Shown here: piece after piece, positions 30,158-41,569 of the stretch | How positions within the stretch are numbered: the first letter of the stretch is position 1 | How the letters are laid out: each line of letters starts with the position of its first letter | DNA from: Pseudomonadota bacterium | GTDB lineage: Bacteria; Pseudomonadota; Gammaproteobacteria; Burkholderiales; REEB80 | Length of the DNA: 64,000 nucleotides | Direction: 5' to 3' | NCBI GenBank assembly: GCA_028873515.1 | Contig: JAGWIG010000008.1 | Coordinates: forward strand, 5,723-69,722 | Program-made: the position numbers and the translations under genes | Notes under the pieces: model-generated | Seen by the model: only the letters and a program-made list of their open reading frames with translations | What the model was told of the DNA's origin: nothing | Databases searched by the model: none

Positions 30158-31852
30158 ATGAAATCTGATTATTTAGCTGTCTCTGTAAGCAGGTTGAGTC
30201 CTGATGCAGGAAATCCGGCAGATCCCAAAAAACTGGTAAATATCCCTCATCTCATTACGGCCTATTTTACTGAAATACCTGATTATTCTGAACCTGCCGA
30301 GCGAGTCGTTTTTGGCACCTCGGGTCACCGCGGTTCAGCCTTTGCACGTAGTTTCAATGAATGGCACGTTCTGGCGATGACCCAGGCAATTTGTGACTAT
30401 CGCATGAAGACCGGTATTCATGGGCCCCTGTTTCTGGGTGTGGATACGCATGCGCTTTCCATTCCCGCCTATGCCAGTGCCCTTGAGGTGCTTGCAGCCA
30501 ATCACGTGGACGTGATGCTGGCCAAAGAGGGAGACTATACGCCAACCCCGGTCATTTCTCATGCTATTCTTGTTTATAACCATCTTCGTAATGATGGGCT
30601 TGCAGATGGGATAGTCATCACCCCTTCGCATAATCCTCCTGAGCAGGGAGGGTTTAAATACAATGCGGTTGACGGTGGTCCTGCTGACAGTGATGTGACC
30701 GGCTGGATTGAATCCAGGGCCAACACCATACTCAGGAACCAGCTCAAGACCGTCAAGCGAATCCCGTTTGATCGGGCAAAACAGGCTTCCACTTCCCATC
30801 GCTACGATTATTTGGAAAAGTATGTTGAAGATCTGGCCCAGGTCATTAACATGGATCTTGTCAAGGCTTCGAACCTGAAGATGGCTGTGGATCCGCTTGG
30901 GGGTGCCGGTGTGGGTTACTGGCCAGCCATCGCTGATCGCTATGGTTTGGATCTGACCCTGGTCAATACTGAAATTGATCCAACTTTTCGTTTTATGACT
31001 CTCGACTGGGATGGCAAAATCAGGATGGATCCCTCTTCTCCCTTTGCCATGAAAAGACTGCTGGCATTGAAGGAGGATTATGATATCGCCTTTGCCTGTG
31101 ATACGGATCATGATCGTCACGGGATTGTCACCCGGTCCGCAGGCCTGCTTCCTCCCAACCATTATCTTGCCGTTGCAGTGGATTACCTGTTTCGGAACCG
31201 GCCTGATTATCCTGCAAAGGCAGCCATTGGCAAGACCATGGTCAGCAGTGCAATGATTGATCGGGTCGCCAAAAGACTGAATCGTGAACTTTATGAAACG
31301 CCGGTAGGATTTAAATGGTTTGTGCCAGGCCTGTCCCAGGGACAGATCGGATTTGCCGGAGAAGAGAGCGCAGGAGCTTCCTTCCTTCGATTCAATGGCC
31401 ATGCCTGGACGACAGACAAGGATGGATTCATTCCATCTTTGCTGGCTGCAGAGCTGACTGCAAAGAATGGGAAGGATCCGGGAGAATATTACCGGGGGCT
31501 GGAAGCAGATCTGGGTCATTTTGTCTATGCCCGCATTGATGCTCCGGCAACAGGCGAGCAGAAGAAAAAGCTCGCCGGCCTTGAACCCGGCTCTATCCAG
31601 CACAGAACCCTTGCCAGTGAACCCATTCAGTCCGTGTTGACCCGGGCACCCTCAAATGGAGCAAGGCTTGGGGGAGTCAAGGTTATTGCAGAGCACGGCT
31701 GGTTTGCGGCACGGCCTTCGGGTACAGAGGATCTGTACAAGATTTATGCAGAAAGCTTTCGGGATGAAAAGCATTTGCAGGAGCTGATTTGCGAAGCAGG
31801 GATTCTGGTGGGCGAGGTCTTTGATGACATTGCTCAGCAGAAGCTGGAATGA
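30158..31852 (+). CDS. pgm: Phosphoglucomutase (alpha-D-glucose-phosphate specific)
   Basis: 564 aa with FGTSGHRGSA, catalytic TPSHNPPEQGGFKY, Mg site (ACDTDHDRHG), GEESAG and RPSGTE. Colinear with E. coli Pgm. Confidence 0.95.
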   Translation: MKSDYLAVSVSRLSPDAGNPADPKKLVNIPHLITAYFTEIPDYSEPAERVVFGTSGHRGSAFARSFNEWHVLAMTQAICDYRMKTGIHGPLFLGVDTHALSIPAYASALEVLAANHVDVMLAKEGDYTPTPVISHAILVYNHLRNDGLADGIVITPSHNPPEQGGFKYNAVDGGPADSDVTGWIESRANTILRNQLKTVKRIPFDRAKQASTSHRYDYLEKYVEDLAQVINMDLVKASNLKMAVDPLGGAGVGYWPAIADRYGLDLTLVNTEIDPTFRFMTLDWDGKIRMDPSSPFAMKRLLALKEDYDIAFACDTDHDRHGIVTRSAGLLPPNHYLAVAVDYLFRNRPDYPAKAAIGKTMVSSAMIDRVAKRLNRELYETPVGFKWFVPGLSQGQIGFAGEESAGASFLRFNGHAWTTDKDGFIPSLLAAELTAKNGKDPGEYYRGLEADLGHFVYARIDAPATGEQKKKLAGLEPGSIQHRTLASEPIQSVLTRAPSNGARLGGVKVIAEHGWFAARPSGTEDLYKIYAESFRDEKHLQELICEAGILVGEVFDDIAQQKLE

Positions 31853-31923
31853 GGGGATAAGAGCTTGTTGTAAAACTGGAATCTGACTCAGGGGTTCAGT
31901 GTCACTAGAAAGGATGGACTGGC

Positions 31924-34446
31924 ATGAATGACAAATTGCGCCCGGACGGGAAAATCGAAGTGTTTGAGGCCTTGAGTGAACTGGCCCTGGATATGCGTTG
32001 GTCATGGAATCATGCCGCGGATGAAATCTGGATCAAGCTTGATGAGGATCTGTGGCATCTGACTCATAATCCCTGGTGCGTATTGCAGACGGTTTCTCAT
32101 GACAAGATTGAGGCGCTGGATGCAGATCCAGAATTCCGGAGTCAGGTTGATACGCTTTTCAAGCTCAAACAGCATGAAATGGAACGGGAATGCTGGTTCC
32201 AGCAAATGAAGTATCCATCAGGGGTATCCGGAATTGCCTACTTCAGCATGGAATTCATGTTGAGTGAGGCATTGCCTATCTATTCAGGTGGATTAGGAAA
32301 TGTGGCCGGGGATCAGCTGAAAGCAGCCAGTGACCTGGGTGTGCCCGTGACTGGTATCGGACTGCTCTACCAGCAGGGCTATTTTCGTCAGGTAATTGAC
32401 AAGGACGGACGCCAGCAGGCCATTTTTCCCTATAATGATCCGGGTCAGATGCCAGTAACACCCATGCGCTGGCCAAATGGGGAATGGCTGAGAATCAAGC
32501 TTAATCTTCCGGGTGTGGCGATATGGCTTCGTGTCTGGAAAGTCAGGGTTGGCCGGGTAACATTGTATCTGCTCGATAGTAACGATGTCGCCAATTACCC
32601 GCCCTATCGAGGCATTACCAGTGAACTTTATGGGGGCGATGACTATCTGCGGCTGATGCAGGAGATTGTTCTGGGGATCGGAGGCTGGCGGTTGATTGAG
32701 GCCTTGGAGCTTAAACCTGAAGTATGCCATCTTAATGAAGGTCATGCCGCGTTTGCAGCCCTGGAACGGGCGCGAAGCTATAAGGAGGAGGCAGGGCTTT
32801 CCTTTGAGAGTGCGCTAACCGTGACTCGTGCTGGAAATCTATTTACGACGCATACGGCTGTTGATGCCGGTTTTGATCATTTTTCCCCTAATCTTGTCAG
32901 GCAGTGTCTCATTGATTATGCAGAAATTGAGCTGGGCTTGTCTTTTGAGAAATTCCTCGGACTGGGACGTTGCAAGGGAAGTGATGATCAGGAATATTTC
33001 AATATGGCATATCTGGCGATGCATACCTGTGGCGCTGTCAATGCAGTCAGCCGGTTACATGGCGAGGTGAGCAGGAGGCTGTTTGAGCCCCTTTTTCCCC
33101 GCTGGCCACGGGAGGAAATCCCTGTTGGCCATGTGACAAACGGAGTGCATATGCCAAGCTGGGATTCGGCTCAGGCGGATGAATTATGGACGACTTACTG
33201 CGGAAAGGATCGGTGGCTTGGAGGGGTTGAGACCCATGAACGGGATATTCGCCAGATTCCGGATGAAATACTCTGGCAATTTCGGACTGAAAGCAGAAAA
33301 CTGCTTATTGAATATGTCAGAAAGAGGTTATACCGACAGTTTGCAGTTTTAGGACAGTCGCACGAAGGGGTTGAAATCTCGAAGCAACTGCTTGATCCGG
33401 ATATCCTGACTGTAGGTTTTGCAAGAAGATTTGCCGTATACAAGCGCCCTAACCTTCTGCTCAATGATCCGGACAGGTTACTGCGCCTTTTGAATCATCC
33501 AACCCGACCGATGCAGCTTATCGTTGCGGGTAAGGCTCATCCTGCCGATCAGGAAGCCCAGTCATTGGTACAGCAGTGGATTGAATTTATCCATCGGCCT
33601 GAAGCACGCAGAAGGGTGGTGTTTCTGGAAGACTGTGACATGCTTATGACTGAGCATCTGGTGCAGGGTGCGGATGTCTGGCTCAATACACCCAGACGTC
33701 CATGGGAGGCAAGCGGTACCAGTGGGATGAAAGCGCTTGTTAACGGAGGGATCAATCTTTCCGAGCTGGATGGCTGGTGGGCCGAAGCCTTTGCACCAGA
33801 ACTAGGCTGGGCACTGGGTGATGGTCGGGAATACGGTAATGATCCGGTACAGGACGGGATTGAAGCCACCGCTCTGTATAATCTTCTTGAAAGCCAGGTA
33901 ATCCCTGAATTCTATAGTCACAATGAAGCCGGAATTTCCCTGGCCTGGGTAGCACGCATGCGTGAGAGCATGGCAAGGCTTACTCCCCTTTTTTCAACCA
34001 ATCGCAGTGTGTGTGAGTATGTGGAGAAATATTATCTCCCGCTGGCCGCATCCTACCATGAACGTGAAAAGGACGGGGCCGCTTTAGGTAATGAAATCCA
34101 GAAATGGAGCCAGAATATCATTGAGAAATGGTCTGCCTTGAGGTTTGGCGAGACATGTATCCAGACGGATGGCACGGATCATGTCATTGAGGTGGAGGCC
34201 AACCTGGAGAACCTTGATCTCGGGCATGTCGTTGTTGAGCTCTATGCCGAAGGAACAGGCAGGGCTTTGCCTACCCGGGTGAGAATGGAGTTGGTGAGAA
34301 AGCTTTCAGCGGCTGCCAATATCTATACCTATCGTGCCCGTGTCCCGGCCCAACGCCCTGCGGAAGACTATACTGCACGGATTATCCCCTGTTTCAGGGG
34401 TGTGAAGGTACCGCTTGAAAGACCCGATATTCTTTGGCAGAAGTAG
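31924..34446 (+). CDS. glgP: Alpha-glucan (glycogen/maltodextrin) phosphorylase, GT35
   Basis: 840 aa with the N-terminal DUF3417-like region, LPIYSGGLGNVAGD, LNEGHAAF and the PLP-lysine motif EASGTSGMKALVNG. Confidence 0.93.
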   Translation: MNDKLRPDGKIEVFEALSELALDMRWSWNHAADEIWIKLDEDLWHLTHNPWCVLQTVSHDKIEALDADPEFRSQVDTLFKLKQHEMERECWFQQMKYPSGVSGIAYFSMEFMLSEALPIYSGGLGNVAGDQLKAASDLGVPVTGIGLLYQQGYFRQVIDKDGRQQAIFPYNDPGQMPVTPMRWPNGEWLRIKLNLPGVAIWLRVWKVRVGRVTLYLLDSNDVANYPPYRGITSELYGGDDYLRLMQEIVLGIGGWRLIEALELKPEVCHLNEGHAAFAALERARSYKEEAGLSFESALTVTRAGNLFTTHTAVDAGFDHFSPNLVRQCLIDYAEIELGLSFEKFLGLGRCKGSDDQEYFNMAYLAMHTCGAVNAVSRLHGEVSRRLFEPLFPRWPREEIPVGHVTNGVHMPSWDSAQADELWTTYCGKDRWLGGVETHERDIRQIPDEILWQFRTESRKLLIEYVRKRLYRQFAVLGQSHEGVEISKQLLDPDILTVGFARRFAVYKRPNLLLNDPDRLLRLLNHPTRPMQLIVAGKAHPADQEAQSLVQQWIEFIHRPEARRRVVFLEDCDMLMTEHLVQGADVWLNTPRRPWEASGTSGMKALVNGGINLSELDGWWAEAFAPELGWALGDGREYGNDPVQDGIEATALYNLLESQVIPEFYSHNEAGISLAWVARMRESMARLTPLFSTNRSVCEYVEKYYLPLAASYHEREKDGAALGNEIQKWSQNIIEKWSALRFGETCIQTDGTDHVIEVEANLENLDLGHVVVELYAEGTGRALPTRVRMELVRKLSAAANIYTYRARVPAQRPAEDYTARIIPCFRGVKVPLERPDILWQK

Positions 34447-34484
34447 TCCTTGTTCTTTCACTGAATGAAAAGAAAGGATGATTC

Positions 34485-35678
34485 ATGACGGCACTGCCCT
34501 CCGGGATACTTGTCATCAATGGAGGCTCATCCAGTTTCAGGTTTGCCATGTATGGCAGGGACGATATGGTGTTCCCCAGGCTATCCGGGAAACTGGATCG
34601 CATCGGGGTGGGTAAATCCATGTTGACTTACCAGGAAGCAAGGCAATCCAGCCAGAAGGAAATGTGGCTGGAAGCCAAAGACCAGAAAACTGCGGTCGGG
34701 GAGTTAACGAGGTGGCTGGATAGCCGGGATGTCTTTGGACAAGTCCGGGCCATCGGTCATCGCATTGTTCATGGCATGGGTCATGGTGAACCTTTACGTC
34801 TGAATTCAATCCTTATTGAGGAACTGAAGCGCAATGCCAGTTATGCGCCAGACCATCTGCCAGCTGAACTTGAAATGGTTGAGGCGATTTCAGAGCGTTT
34901 TCCGCATATACCCCAGATTGCCTGTTTTGACACGGCCTTCCATGCGAACCTCCCCCAGGTAGCAAGAATGCTGCCGCTACCACGACGATTTGATGCCCAG
35001 GGTATCCGGCGATATGGTTTTCATGGCTTGTCCTATTCCTTCCTGATGGAAGCCCTGGTGGAAAAGGAAGGAAAGGAAGCCGCTTCTGGCCGTATCATTC
35101 TTGCCCATTTGGGAAACGGTGCAAGTCTTGCTGCGGTCAAGGATGGGCAGTGCCTGGATACCAGTATGGGATTTACACCGGCTGGTGGACTTGTCATGGG
35201 CACAAGACCTGGTGATCTGGATCCAGGCGTGCTTGTCTATCTGCTCCAGCACGAAGGAGTTTCCACTGACAGGTTAAATCAGCTCATCAATCATGAATCC
35301 GGGTTGATTGGCCTGTCTGGCACCACTTCCGACATGCGTGATCTGATCAGGCGTCGGGAAACGGACAGCCGGGCCAAAGAGGCAATAGATTTTTTCTGCT
35401 ATCAGGCCAGAAAGTGGATAGGCGCTTTTTCTGCAGCATTAAATGGTCTGGATATCCTGATATTTTCTGGAGGAATTGGGGAACATTCAGATCCGGTCCG
35501 GGCGGGAATTTGTGAAGGTCTTGATTATCTCGGAATAAAGATTGACGTACAGCGTAACCGTTCCCACGCCGAAATCATTTCCAGTAAAGAGAGCAAGGTG
35601 AGGGTGCGGGTCATGCAAACGGATGAAGAAAGGGTGATAGCAGGGTTGACTAACCACCTTGTACCGATTGAAAACTGA
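34485..35678 (+). CDS. ackA: Acetate kinase
   Basis: ILVINGGSSSFRF, GHRIVHG, FDTAFH, RRYGFHGLSY, AHLGNGAS and FSGGIGE are the full acetate/propionate kinase motif set. Confidence 0.95.
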   Translation: MTALPSGILVINGGSSSFRFAMYGRDDMVFPRLSGKLDRIGVGKSMLTYQEARQSSQKEMWLEAKDQKTAVGELTRWLDSRDVFGQVRAIGHRIVHGMGHGEPLRLNSILIEELKRNASYAPDHLPAELEMVEAISERFPHIPQIACFDTAFHANLPQVARMLPLPRRFDAQGIRRYGFHGLSYSFLMEALVEKEGKEAASGRIILAHLGNGASLAAVKDGQCLDTSMGFTPAGGLVMGTRPGDLDPGVLVYLLQHEGVSTDRLNQLINHESGLIGLSGTTSDMRDLIRRRETDSRAKEAIDFFCYQARKWIGAFSAALNGLDILIFSGGIGEHSDPVRAGICEGLDYLGIKIDVQRNRSHAEIISSKESKVRVRVMQTDEERVIAGLTNHLVPIEN

Positions 35679-35697
35679 TAGGGAAGGAAAGTAAACC

Positions 35698-38085
35698 ATG
35701 AAGCAGGCCAGACTGAAAACCACCCGCAATCCCCTTACCCCTGAACTACTGCAGGGGATGGATGCATACTGGCGGGCTGCCAACTACCTCTCGGTCGGAC
35801 AAATCTATCTTTATGATAATCCCCTGCTACAGGAACCCCTGAAACTTGAGCATATCAAGCCAAGGCTATTGGGTCATTGGGGTACGACACCTGGTATTAA
35901 TTTTATCTATGTTCACCTTAACCGGATTATCAAGGAGCATGATCTTGACATGATACTGATTGCAGGGCCAGGGCATGGAGGGCCTGCATTGGTTGCCAAT
36001 ACCTATCTTGAGGGAACGTATAGTGAGCTTTATCCTGATATTTCCCGGGACAGCCTGGGGTTAAGGAAGCTTTTCACCCAGTTTTCATTTCCAGGTGGCG
36101 TGCCAAGCCATGCCGCACCAGAAACACCTGGATCGATTAATGAGGGAGGGGAATTGGGTTATTCACTTTCCCATGCCTATGGTGCGGTTTTTGATAATCC
36201 GGGGTTGCTGGCAGTCTGTGTAGTTGGTGATGGCGAAGCCGAGACAGGTCCGCTGGCGACAAGCTGGCATTCAAACAAGTTTCTTAATCCAGCCAGGGAT
36301 GGAGCTGTATTGCCAATTCTGCATCTCAACGGGTACAAGATAGCAGGTCCGACCGTTTTGGCCCGTATTAGCAGAAAAGAGCTTGAGTCGCTCTTTCAGG
36401 GGTATGGTTATACTCCTTATTTTGTTGAGGGTGATGATCCTGAGTTCATGCATCAGCAGATGGCAGCGACCCTCGATGAAGTCCTGCATCTTATTGAGCG
36501 AATCCAGAAGCAGGCCCGTTCGGGAAAGGAAATCCTCCGTCCCAGATGGCCGATGATTATTCTGGTTTCTCCTAAAGGCTGGACAGGTCCGAAATGGGTA
36601 GATGGCAAGCAGGTAGAAGGAACTTTCCGTGCACATCAGGTTCCGGTTACAGATTTTGTGCAAAAGCCAGAGCACATATCAATTCTGGAAAGCTGGATGA
36701 AAAGTTATCATCCTGAAACCCTTTTTGGTGAAACAGGCCGGCTTATCCCCGAACTGGCTGCATTGGCTCCAGAGGGTGACAGGAGGCTTGGAGCCAACCC
36801 TCATGCGAACGGGGGACTGTTGCTTCGGGATTTACGCTTGCCGGATTTTCGTGACTATGCGGTCAGTGTGCCGTCACCGGGTTCAGTAAAGGCTGAAGCT
36901 ACACGTGTTCAGGGAGCCTTGATTCGGGATGTCATGAAGCTTAATGCCGAAACCGCAAATTTCAGGGTATTCAGCCCTGATGAAACTGCCTCTAATCGGT
37001 GGAATGCCTTGTTTGAGGTGACTGAACGCTGTTCAATGGCCTCGATCGTTGCTGATGATGAAAAAGTTTCCCGGGATGGACGGGTTATGGAGATGCTCAG
37101 TGAACATCAGTGCCAGGGTTGGCTTGAAGGGTATTTGCTGACAGGTCGACATGGTTTTTTTAGCTGCTATGAAGCGTTTATCCATATTGTTGATTCAATG
37201 TTCAACCAGTATGCAAAATGGATTAAGGTGGCCAATCAGATCCCCTGGCGTCGACCGGTTGCCTCATTGAATTTATTGCTGACCTCACATGTCTGGCGAC
37301 AGGATCATAATGGCTTCAGTCACCAGGATCCGGGTTTTATTGATCATGTGGTGAACAAGAAGGCTGATATTATCCGCGTCTATTTGCCCGCTGATGCCAA
37401 TACCCTTCTGTCGGTGACCGATCATTGCCTGCGTAGCCGCAATTTTATCAATGTCATTGTTGCTGGCAAGCAGATGGAAATGCAGTGGCTGGATATGGAG
37501 GCGGCCATTCGGCACTGTTCCGCGGGAATCAGCATATGGGAATGGGCCAGTAATGACGCGGGCACGGATCCGGATGTGGTGATGGTCTGCTGTGGGGATG
37601 TGCCTACACTTGAGACGCTGGCAGCGGTAAAAATCCTCCGGCAGCTGTTCACACAACTGAAAATTCGGGTCATCAACATTGTGGATCTAATGACGCTGCA
37701 ACCCAGAAGCGAGCATCCACACGGATTGGAAGACAAGGATTTCGATGATTTGTTTACCCGGAACAAGCCGGTTATTTTTGCATTTCATGGTTATCCATGG
37801 TTGATACACAGGCTAACGTACAGGCGTACGAACCATCAGAATTTCCATGTCCGTGGCTATAAGGAAAATGGAACGACTACGACGCCATTCGATATGCTGG
37901 TGCTCAATGAAATGGATCGCTTTCATCTTGTCATGGATGTTATTGACAGGGTAGGCGGGTTAAGTTCGGGGGCGGCTTATGCCAAGCAGTATCTGCATAA
38001 CAAGCTGCAGGATCATATGGAATATACACGGAAATATGGTGAGGACATGCCTGAAATCCGTAACTGGAAATGGCAGGGAGCCTGA
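35698..38085 (+). CDS. xfp: Xylulose-5-P/fructose-6-P phosphoketolase
   Basis: 795 aa with [25 protein letters not shown], the [15 protein letters not shown] signature and the TPP-binding GDGEAETGP. Confidence 0.96.
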   Translation: MKQARLKTTRNPLTPELLQGMDAYWRAANYLSVGQIYLYDNPLLQEPLKLEHIKPRLLGHWGTTPGINFIYVHLNRIIKEHDLDMILIAGPGHGGPALVANTYLEGTYSELYPDISRDSLGLRKLFTQFSFPGGVPSHAAPETPGSINEGGELGYSLSHAYGAVFDNPGLLAVCVVGDGEAETGPLATSWHSNKFLNPARDGAVLPILHLNGYKIAGPTVLARISRKELESLFQGYGYTPYFVEGDDPEFMHQQMAATLDEVLHLIERIQKQARSGKEILRPRWPMIILVSPKGWTGPKWVDGKQVEGTFRAHQVPVTDFVQKPEHISILESWMKSYHPETLFGETGRLIPELAALAPEGDRRLGANPHANGGLLLRDLRLPDFRDYAVSVPSPGSVKAEATRVQGALIRDVMKLNAETANFRVFSPDETASNRWNALFEVTERCSMASIVADDEKVSRDGRVMEMLSEHQCQGWLEGYLLTGRHGFFSCYEAFIHIVDSMFNQYAKWIKVANQIPWRRPVASLNLLLTSHVWRQDHNGFSHQDPGFIDHVVNKKADIIRVYLPADANTLLSVTDHCLRSRNFINVIVAGKQMEMQWLDMEAAIRHCSAGISIWEWASNDAGTDPDVVMVCCGDVPTLETLAAVKILRQLFTQLKIRVINIVDLMTLQPRSEHPHGLEDKDFDDLFTRNKPVIFAFHGYPWLIHRLTYRRTNHQNFHVRGYKENGTTTTPFDMLVLNEMDRFHLVMDVIDRVGGLSSGAAYAKQYLHNKLQDHMEYTRKYGEDMPEIRNWKWQGA

Positions 38086-38186
38086 ATTACCAGGGTTGAA
38101 ACCAGGGGCGGACACCCCTGCATGTGCAGGGCAAACACTGGGCACAAGTATTCGTCGATGGCTTGCATCACTTTCCAGAGTGGGTG

Positions 38187-38555
38187 TTACAGCATGCCGA
38201 GTTGAAGCTTGGCAGCATCGGACATCCGATCACTGGACCATGGAGGATCCCAGACCACATCCACCTTCGCATAGGCGACACCGGGTACGCTTTCTACGGC
38301 TGTCTTGACATCAACGGGTAAGGATTGGGCTACGGGGCAGTGGGGGGTGGTGAGAGTCATTTTTATACAGACTCCATGGTCTTTGGCAAATCCGAACTGA
38401 TAGATGAGACCGAGATCATAGATGTTGACCGGGATTTCAGGATCAAAGAGAGTTTTCAGTTTTTCGATCATCTCTGTGCGGATGGGTATGAAATCATAGC
38501 CTACATCAATATCCTGCTGGGTCTGGGTGTCAGACTGAAAGTCAAAATCGCTCAT
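38187..38555 (-). CDS. sufT: SUF Fe-S assembly protein SufT (DUF59)
   Basis: DPEIPVNIYDLGLIY and TLTTPHCP are the DUF59 motifs. ATG at 38555 overlaps the sufU stop (ATGA). The tracked start at 38630 is an extension. Confidence 0.85.
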   Translation of the reverse strand: MSDFDFQSDTQTQQDIDVGYDFIPIRTEMIEKLKTLFDPEIPVNIYDLGLIYQFGFAKDHGVCIKMTLTTPHCPVAQSLPVDVKTAVESVPGVAYAKVDVVWDPPWSSDRMSDAAKLQLGML

Positions 38556-39001
38556 TCTTCCTCCGTGCTGATGGTTTTTTCCTGTTCTTTTAATGCGGCA
38601 GTGAGGGTATGCCAGGGAAGGGTTGCACATTTGACCCGTGTCGGGAACTGCCGGACACCAGCAAGCACGGAGAGTTTTCCGGCTGCATTCATGGGAGGAA
38701 TATCCGTGGTAGCCAGGGTTCTGACTGTTTCGAACAGTTCGAGAGCCTCCTTGACAGATTTTCCTCGAAGGGCTTCAGTCATCAAGGAGGCAGATGCGGT
38801 AGAAATGGCACAGCCTTTACCCGTAAATCCGATGTCCTTAATGATCCCGTCCTGGATATTGAGCCAGATTTCGACCTGATCCCCGCATAAGGGGTTGAAG
38901 CCTTTTGCATGGTGGGTTGCAGGGGCAACCTGCCTGAAGTTGCGGGGCCGGTGATTGTGATCCAGAATGACTTCCTGGTACAGATCTCTTAATTCATTCA
39001 T
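38552..39001 (-). CDS. sufU: SufU-type (NifU/IscU-like) sulfur-transfer/scaffold protein
   Basis: LYQEVILDHNHRPRNF...NPLCGDQVEIWL...GKGCAISTASASLMTE...FPTRVKCATLPW aligns with B. subtilis SufU. ATG at 39001 overlaps the sufS stop (ATGA). Confidence 0.88.
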   Translation of the reverse strand: MNELRDLYQEVILDHNHRPRNFRQVAPATHHAKGFNPLCGDQVEIWLNIQDGIIKDIGFTGKGCAISTASASLMTEALRGKSVKEALELFETVRTLATTDIPPMNAAGKLSVLAGVRQFPTRVKCATLPWHTLTAALKEQEKTISTEEE

Positions 39002-40260
39002 TTTTTGAACCATTTCATGACTTCGAGAAGGCCCGATTCCAAAACATCGATTTCCTCCATGGTGTTGTAGAGTGCAAATGAAGCCCTGGCTGTTGCTGCC
39101 ACACCATAATGGTTCATGATTGGCATGGCACAATGGTGCCCGGTCCGGATGGCAATACCCTGTGTGTCAAGGATGGTACCAATATCATGGGGATGAATGC
39201 CATCAACGACAAAGGAGATAAGCGAGGATTTCCGGGGTGCTTCTCCAATGATGCGCAGATTGGGTAAACCTGACAGTTTTTCTGTAGCATAGGATAGCAG
39301 GGCCTGTTCATGGGCATGGACCTGGACCAGGTTCAGGCTTTCCAGATAATGGATTGCAGCGGCGAGTCCAATGGCACCGGCAATGTCTGGGGTACCTGCT
39401 TCAAACTTGTAGGGGATGTCATTATATTCCGTGTGCTCAAAGGTCACCGAGCGAATCATGTCCCCTCCACCTTGCCATGGCGGCATGGATTCAAGCAGAT
39501 CAGCACGGCCATAAAGAATGCCGATACCCGTGGGCCCATAAAGCTTGTGACCGGAAAAGGCATAGAAGTCGCAGTCGAGATCCCTGACATTAACGGGAAG
39601 GTGTGCAACAGCCTGGGCGCCATCGACCAGGACTGTGGCTCCATGTGATTTGGCCTTGTGGATGATTTCCCGAAGAGGGTTGAGGGTTCCCAGTGCATTG
39701 GAGACTTGGGTGATTGCGACCAGTCTGGTCCGGGAGCTGACCATCTGCTCAAAGACATCCATGAGCAGTTCACCCTTATTGTTGATCGGGACAACTCTTA
39801 GTGTGGCCCCGGTCTGGTCGCGGATCATTTGCCAAGGAACAATATTGGAATGGTGTTCCATTTCCGTGATGAGGATTTCATCGCCTGGGCCTAAGCGGGG
39901 TCTGGCAAAGCTTTGAGCGACCAGGTTGATGGCCTCAGTCGTGCTGCGCACGAAGATGATTTCCTGTGCATGGCCTGCACCGATAAAATGGCGTACGGTC
40001 TCGCGTGCAGCCTCAAAGGCACGGGTCGCCTGTTCGGACAGGGTGTGAACACCCCGGTGAACATTGGCGTTGTCATGCTGGTAATACCAGGCCAGGGCAT
40101 TGAGGACTGCAACCGGTTTCTGGGTTGTGGCGGCGTTGTCGAGGTACACGAGTTTCCGGCCATGGATTTCGGTATCAAGAATAGGGAAATCCTTGCGGAT
40201 TTGAGTTACGGGAAATTGAACGGATTCATTCTCTTCTCGTTTAACCATGAAAGAAGACAT
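38998..40260 (-). CDS. sufS: Cysteine desulfurase SufS (group II)
   Basis: IYLDNAATTQKP, the PLP Lys region (FSGHKLYGPTGIG) and the active-site loop (RTGHHCAMPIM). 420 aa. Confidence 0.95.
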   Translation of the reverse strand: MSSFMVKREENESVQFPVTQIRKDFPILDTEIHGRKLVYLDNAATTQKPVAVLNALAWYYQHDNANVHRGVHTLSEQATRAFEAARETVRHFIGAGHAQEIIFVRSTTEAINLVAQSFARPRLGPGDEILITEMEHHSNIVPWQMIRDQTGATLRVVPINNKGELLMDVFEQMVSSRTRLVAITQVSNALGTLNPLREIIHKAKSHGATVLVDGAQAVAHLPVNVRDLDCDFYAFSGHKLYGPTGIGILYGRADLLESMPPWQGGGDMIRSVTFEHTEYNDIPYKFEAGTPDIAGAIGLAAAIHYLESLNLVQVHAHEQALLSYATEKLSGLPNLRIIGEAPRKSSLISFVVDGIHPHDIGTILDTQGIAIRTGHHCAMPIMNHYGVAATARASFALYNTMEEIDVLESGLLEVMKWFKK

Positions 40261-41569
40261 GCTTTGCTCCTCCGTCCTGCGGTTTGTCCAGCTTGTCGCC
40301 GATGAGAGCGCCCAGTTTTTCCTGAAGAAAAGGATTGATGATGGAGTCGAGAATTACCTGGGCAAAAGCACGTGTGAGCATGGTGATGGCTTCACCCTGG
40401 CCGATTCCACGGGATTTCAGATAAAACAGGGCGGTTTCATCGAGTTGTCCGACGGTAGCACCGTGGCTGCAGCGCACATCATCATTGAATATTTCCAGTT
40501 GGGGAAGGGTATCCGCTTCTGCTTCACGCGAAAGCAGGAGGTTATGGCTTGCTTGCTGTGCCTTGCTTTGGGAAGCGCCTTCCTCGACAGTGACACGCCC
40601 ACAGAATACGCTTCGTGAGGCATCATCGAGAATGCTGCGGTAATGTTCTTCACTACTGGTATCAGGCTTGGCATGCTGGATATGGGTATGTTCATCCTGG
40701 TGCTGATGGCCATGGCCAATCATGAGACCATGGAGTTTGCATGAAGCACCGTTTCCGTTCAGACGGGTTGATAGTGAAACACGTGCCAGCACTCCACCCA
40801 GTGCGATTGAATGGGATTGAAAACTGGAGCCTGCTTCAGCAATGACACTGACTTCACCGATATGGTGGGCAGCAGGGCTTTCGCACTGGAGTCGCAGATA
40901 GTCAAGCCGGGCTTCTTTTTCGAGGTGTATCGCGCTTTGGGTATTGGTGAGATAAGGACCTTTTCCGACATAATTTTCGACTAAGGTTAGAGCCGCGTTT
41001 TCACCGATAAAGAGCATTACACGTGGATGGGTCACACAGGGCTGATCGGCCAGGGTCACGAATGTCAGGTAAACCGGACTGTCAGGCTTGGCGTGGGGGG
41101 CAAGACGCAGGTAAGCCCCGTCTTGCCAGAAAGCTTCATTCAGGGCAGAAAATCCATTATCCAGATGAGGATTCACCATGCACTGTTCCAGTTCCTGGGG
41201 GTAGCGGCTTATCGCCTCGGTCAGGGGAATAAGAATCAGGGATTCTGTATCGCGAAGATTTGAAAGTCCAGGAGCATAACGGCCATTGATGAATACCATC
41301 CTGTTTGCCGGGAGGGATTTTTCAATATAAGGAAGCGCAGCAGAGTCCTCTACTTGTGGAGCCAGGCGAAAACCGGTTGCAAGCATGGGTGAAAGGCTGG
41401 TGTATTTCCAGCTTTCCATGCGTGTGGTGGGCAATCCCCTTGTCGAAAAGGCTGCGATGGCCTGGCGGCGTGATGTCTGAAGCCAGCTGCTTTCAGGGGC
41501 GGACTTCGAGAAGTCGCTCTGAAAATCCTTTAACCAGCGTTCCGCAGCTTCACTATGGATTGTGCTCAT
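40241..41569 (-). CDS. sufD: Fe-S cluster assembly protein SufD
   Basis: 442 aa. The C-terminal SufBD domain carries [29 protein letters not shown]. It lies between sufC and sufS. Confidence 0.92.
   Translation of the reverse strand: MSTIHSEAAERWLKDFQSDFSKSAPESSWLQTSRRQAIAAFSTRGLPTTRMESWKYTSLSPMLATGFRLAPQVEDSAALPYIEKSLPANRMVFINGRYAPGLSNLRDTESLILIPLTEAISRYPQELEQCMVNPHLDNGFSALNEAFWQDGAYLRLAPHAKPDSPVYLTFVTLADQPCVTHPRVMLFIGENAALTLVENYVGKGPYLTNTQSAIHLEKEARLDYLRLQCESPAAHHIGEVSVIAEAGSSFQSHSIALGGVLARVSLSTRLNGNGASCKLHGLMIGHGHQHQDEHTHIQHAKPDTSSEEHYRSILDDASRSVFCGRVTVEEGASQSKAQQASHNLLLSREAEADTLPQLEIFNDDVRCSHGATVGQLDETALFYLKSRGIGQGEAITMLTRAFAQVILDSIINPFLQEKLGALIGDKLDKPQDGGAKHVFFHG

Noticed and set aside
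30335-31603. A 422-aa ORF antisense to pgm
   Set aside because: It lies entirely inside and opposite a gene with unmistakable phosphoglucomutase motifs. Its translation is low-complexity and Cys/Arg/Ile-rich with no motifs. It is a typical stop-poor antisense frame.
38116-38131. The hairpin CCCTGC-ATGT-GCAGGG in the convergent xfp/sufT gap
   Set aside because: It is a 6-bp stem with no flanking T or A runs on either strand. That is insufficient for a terminator call.
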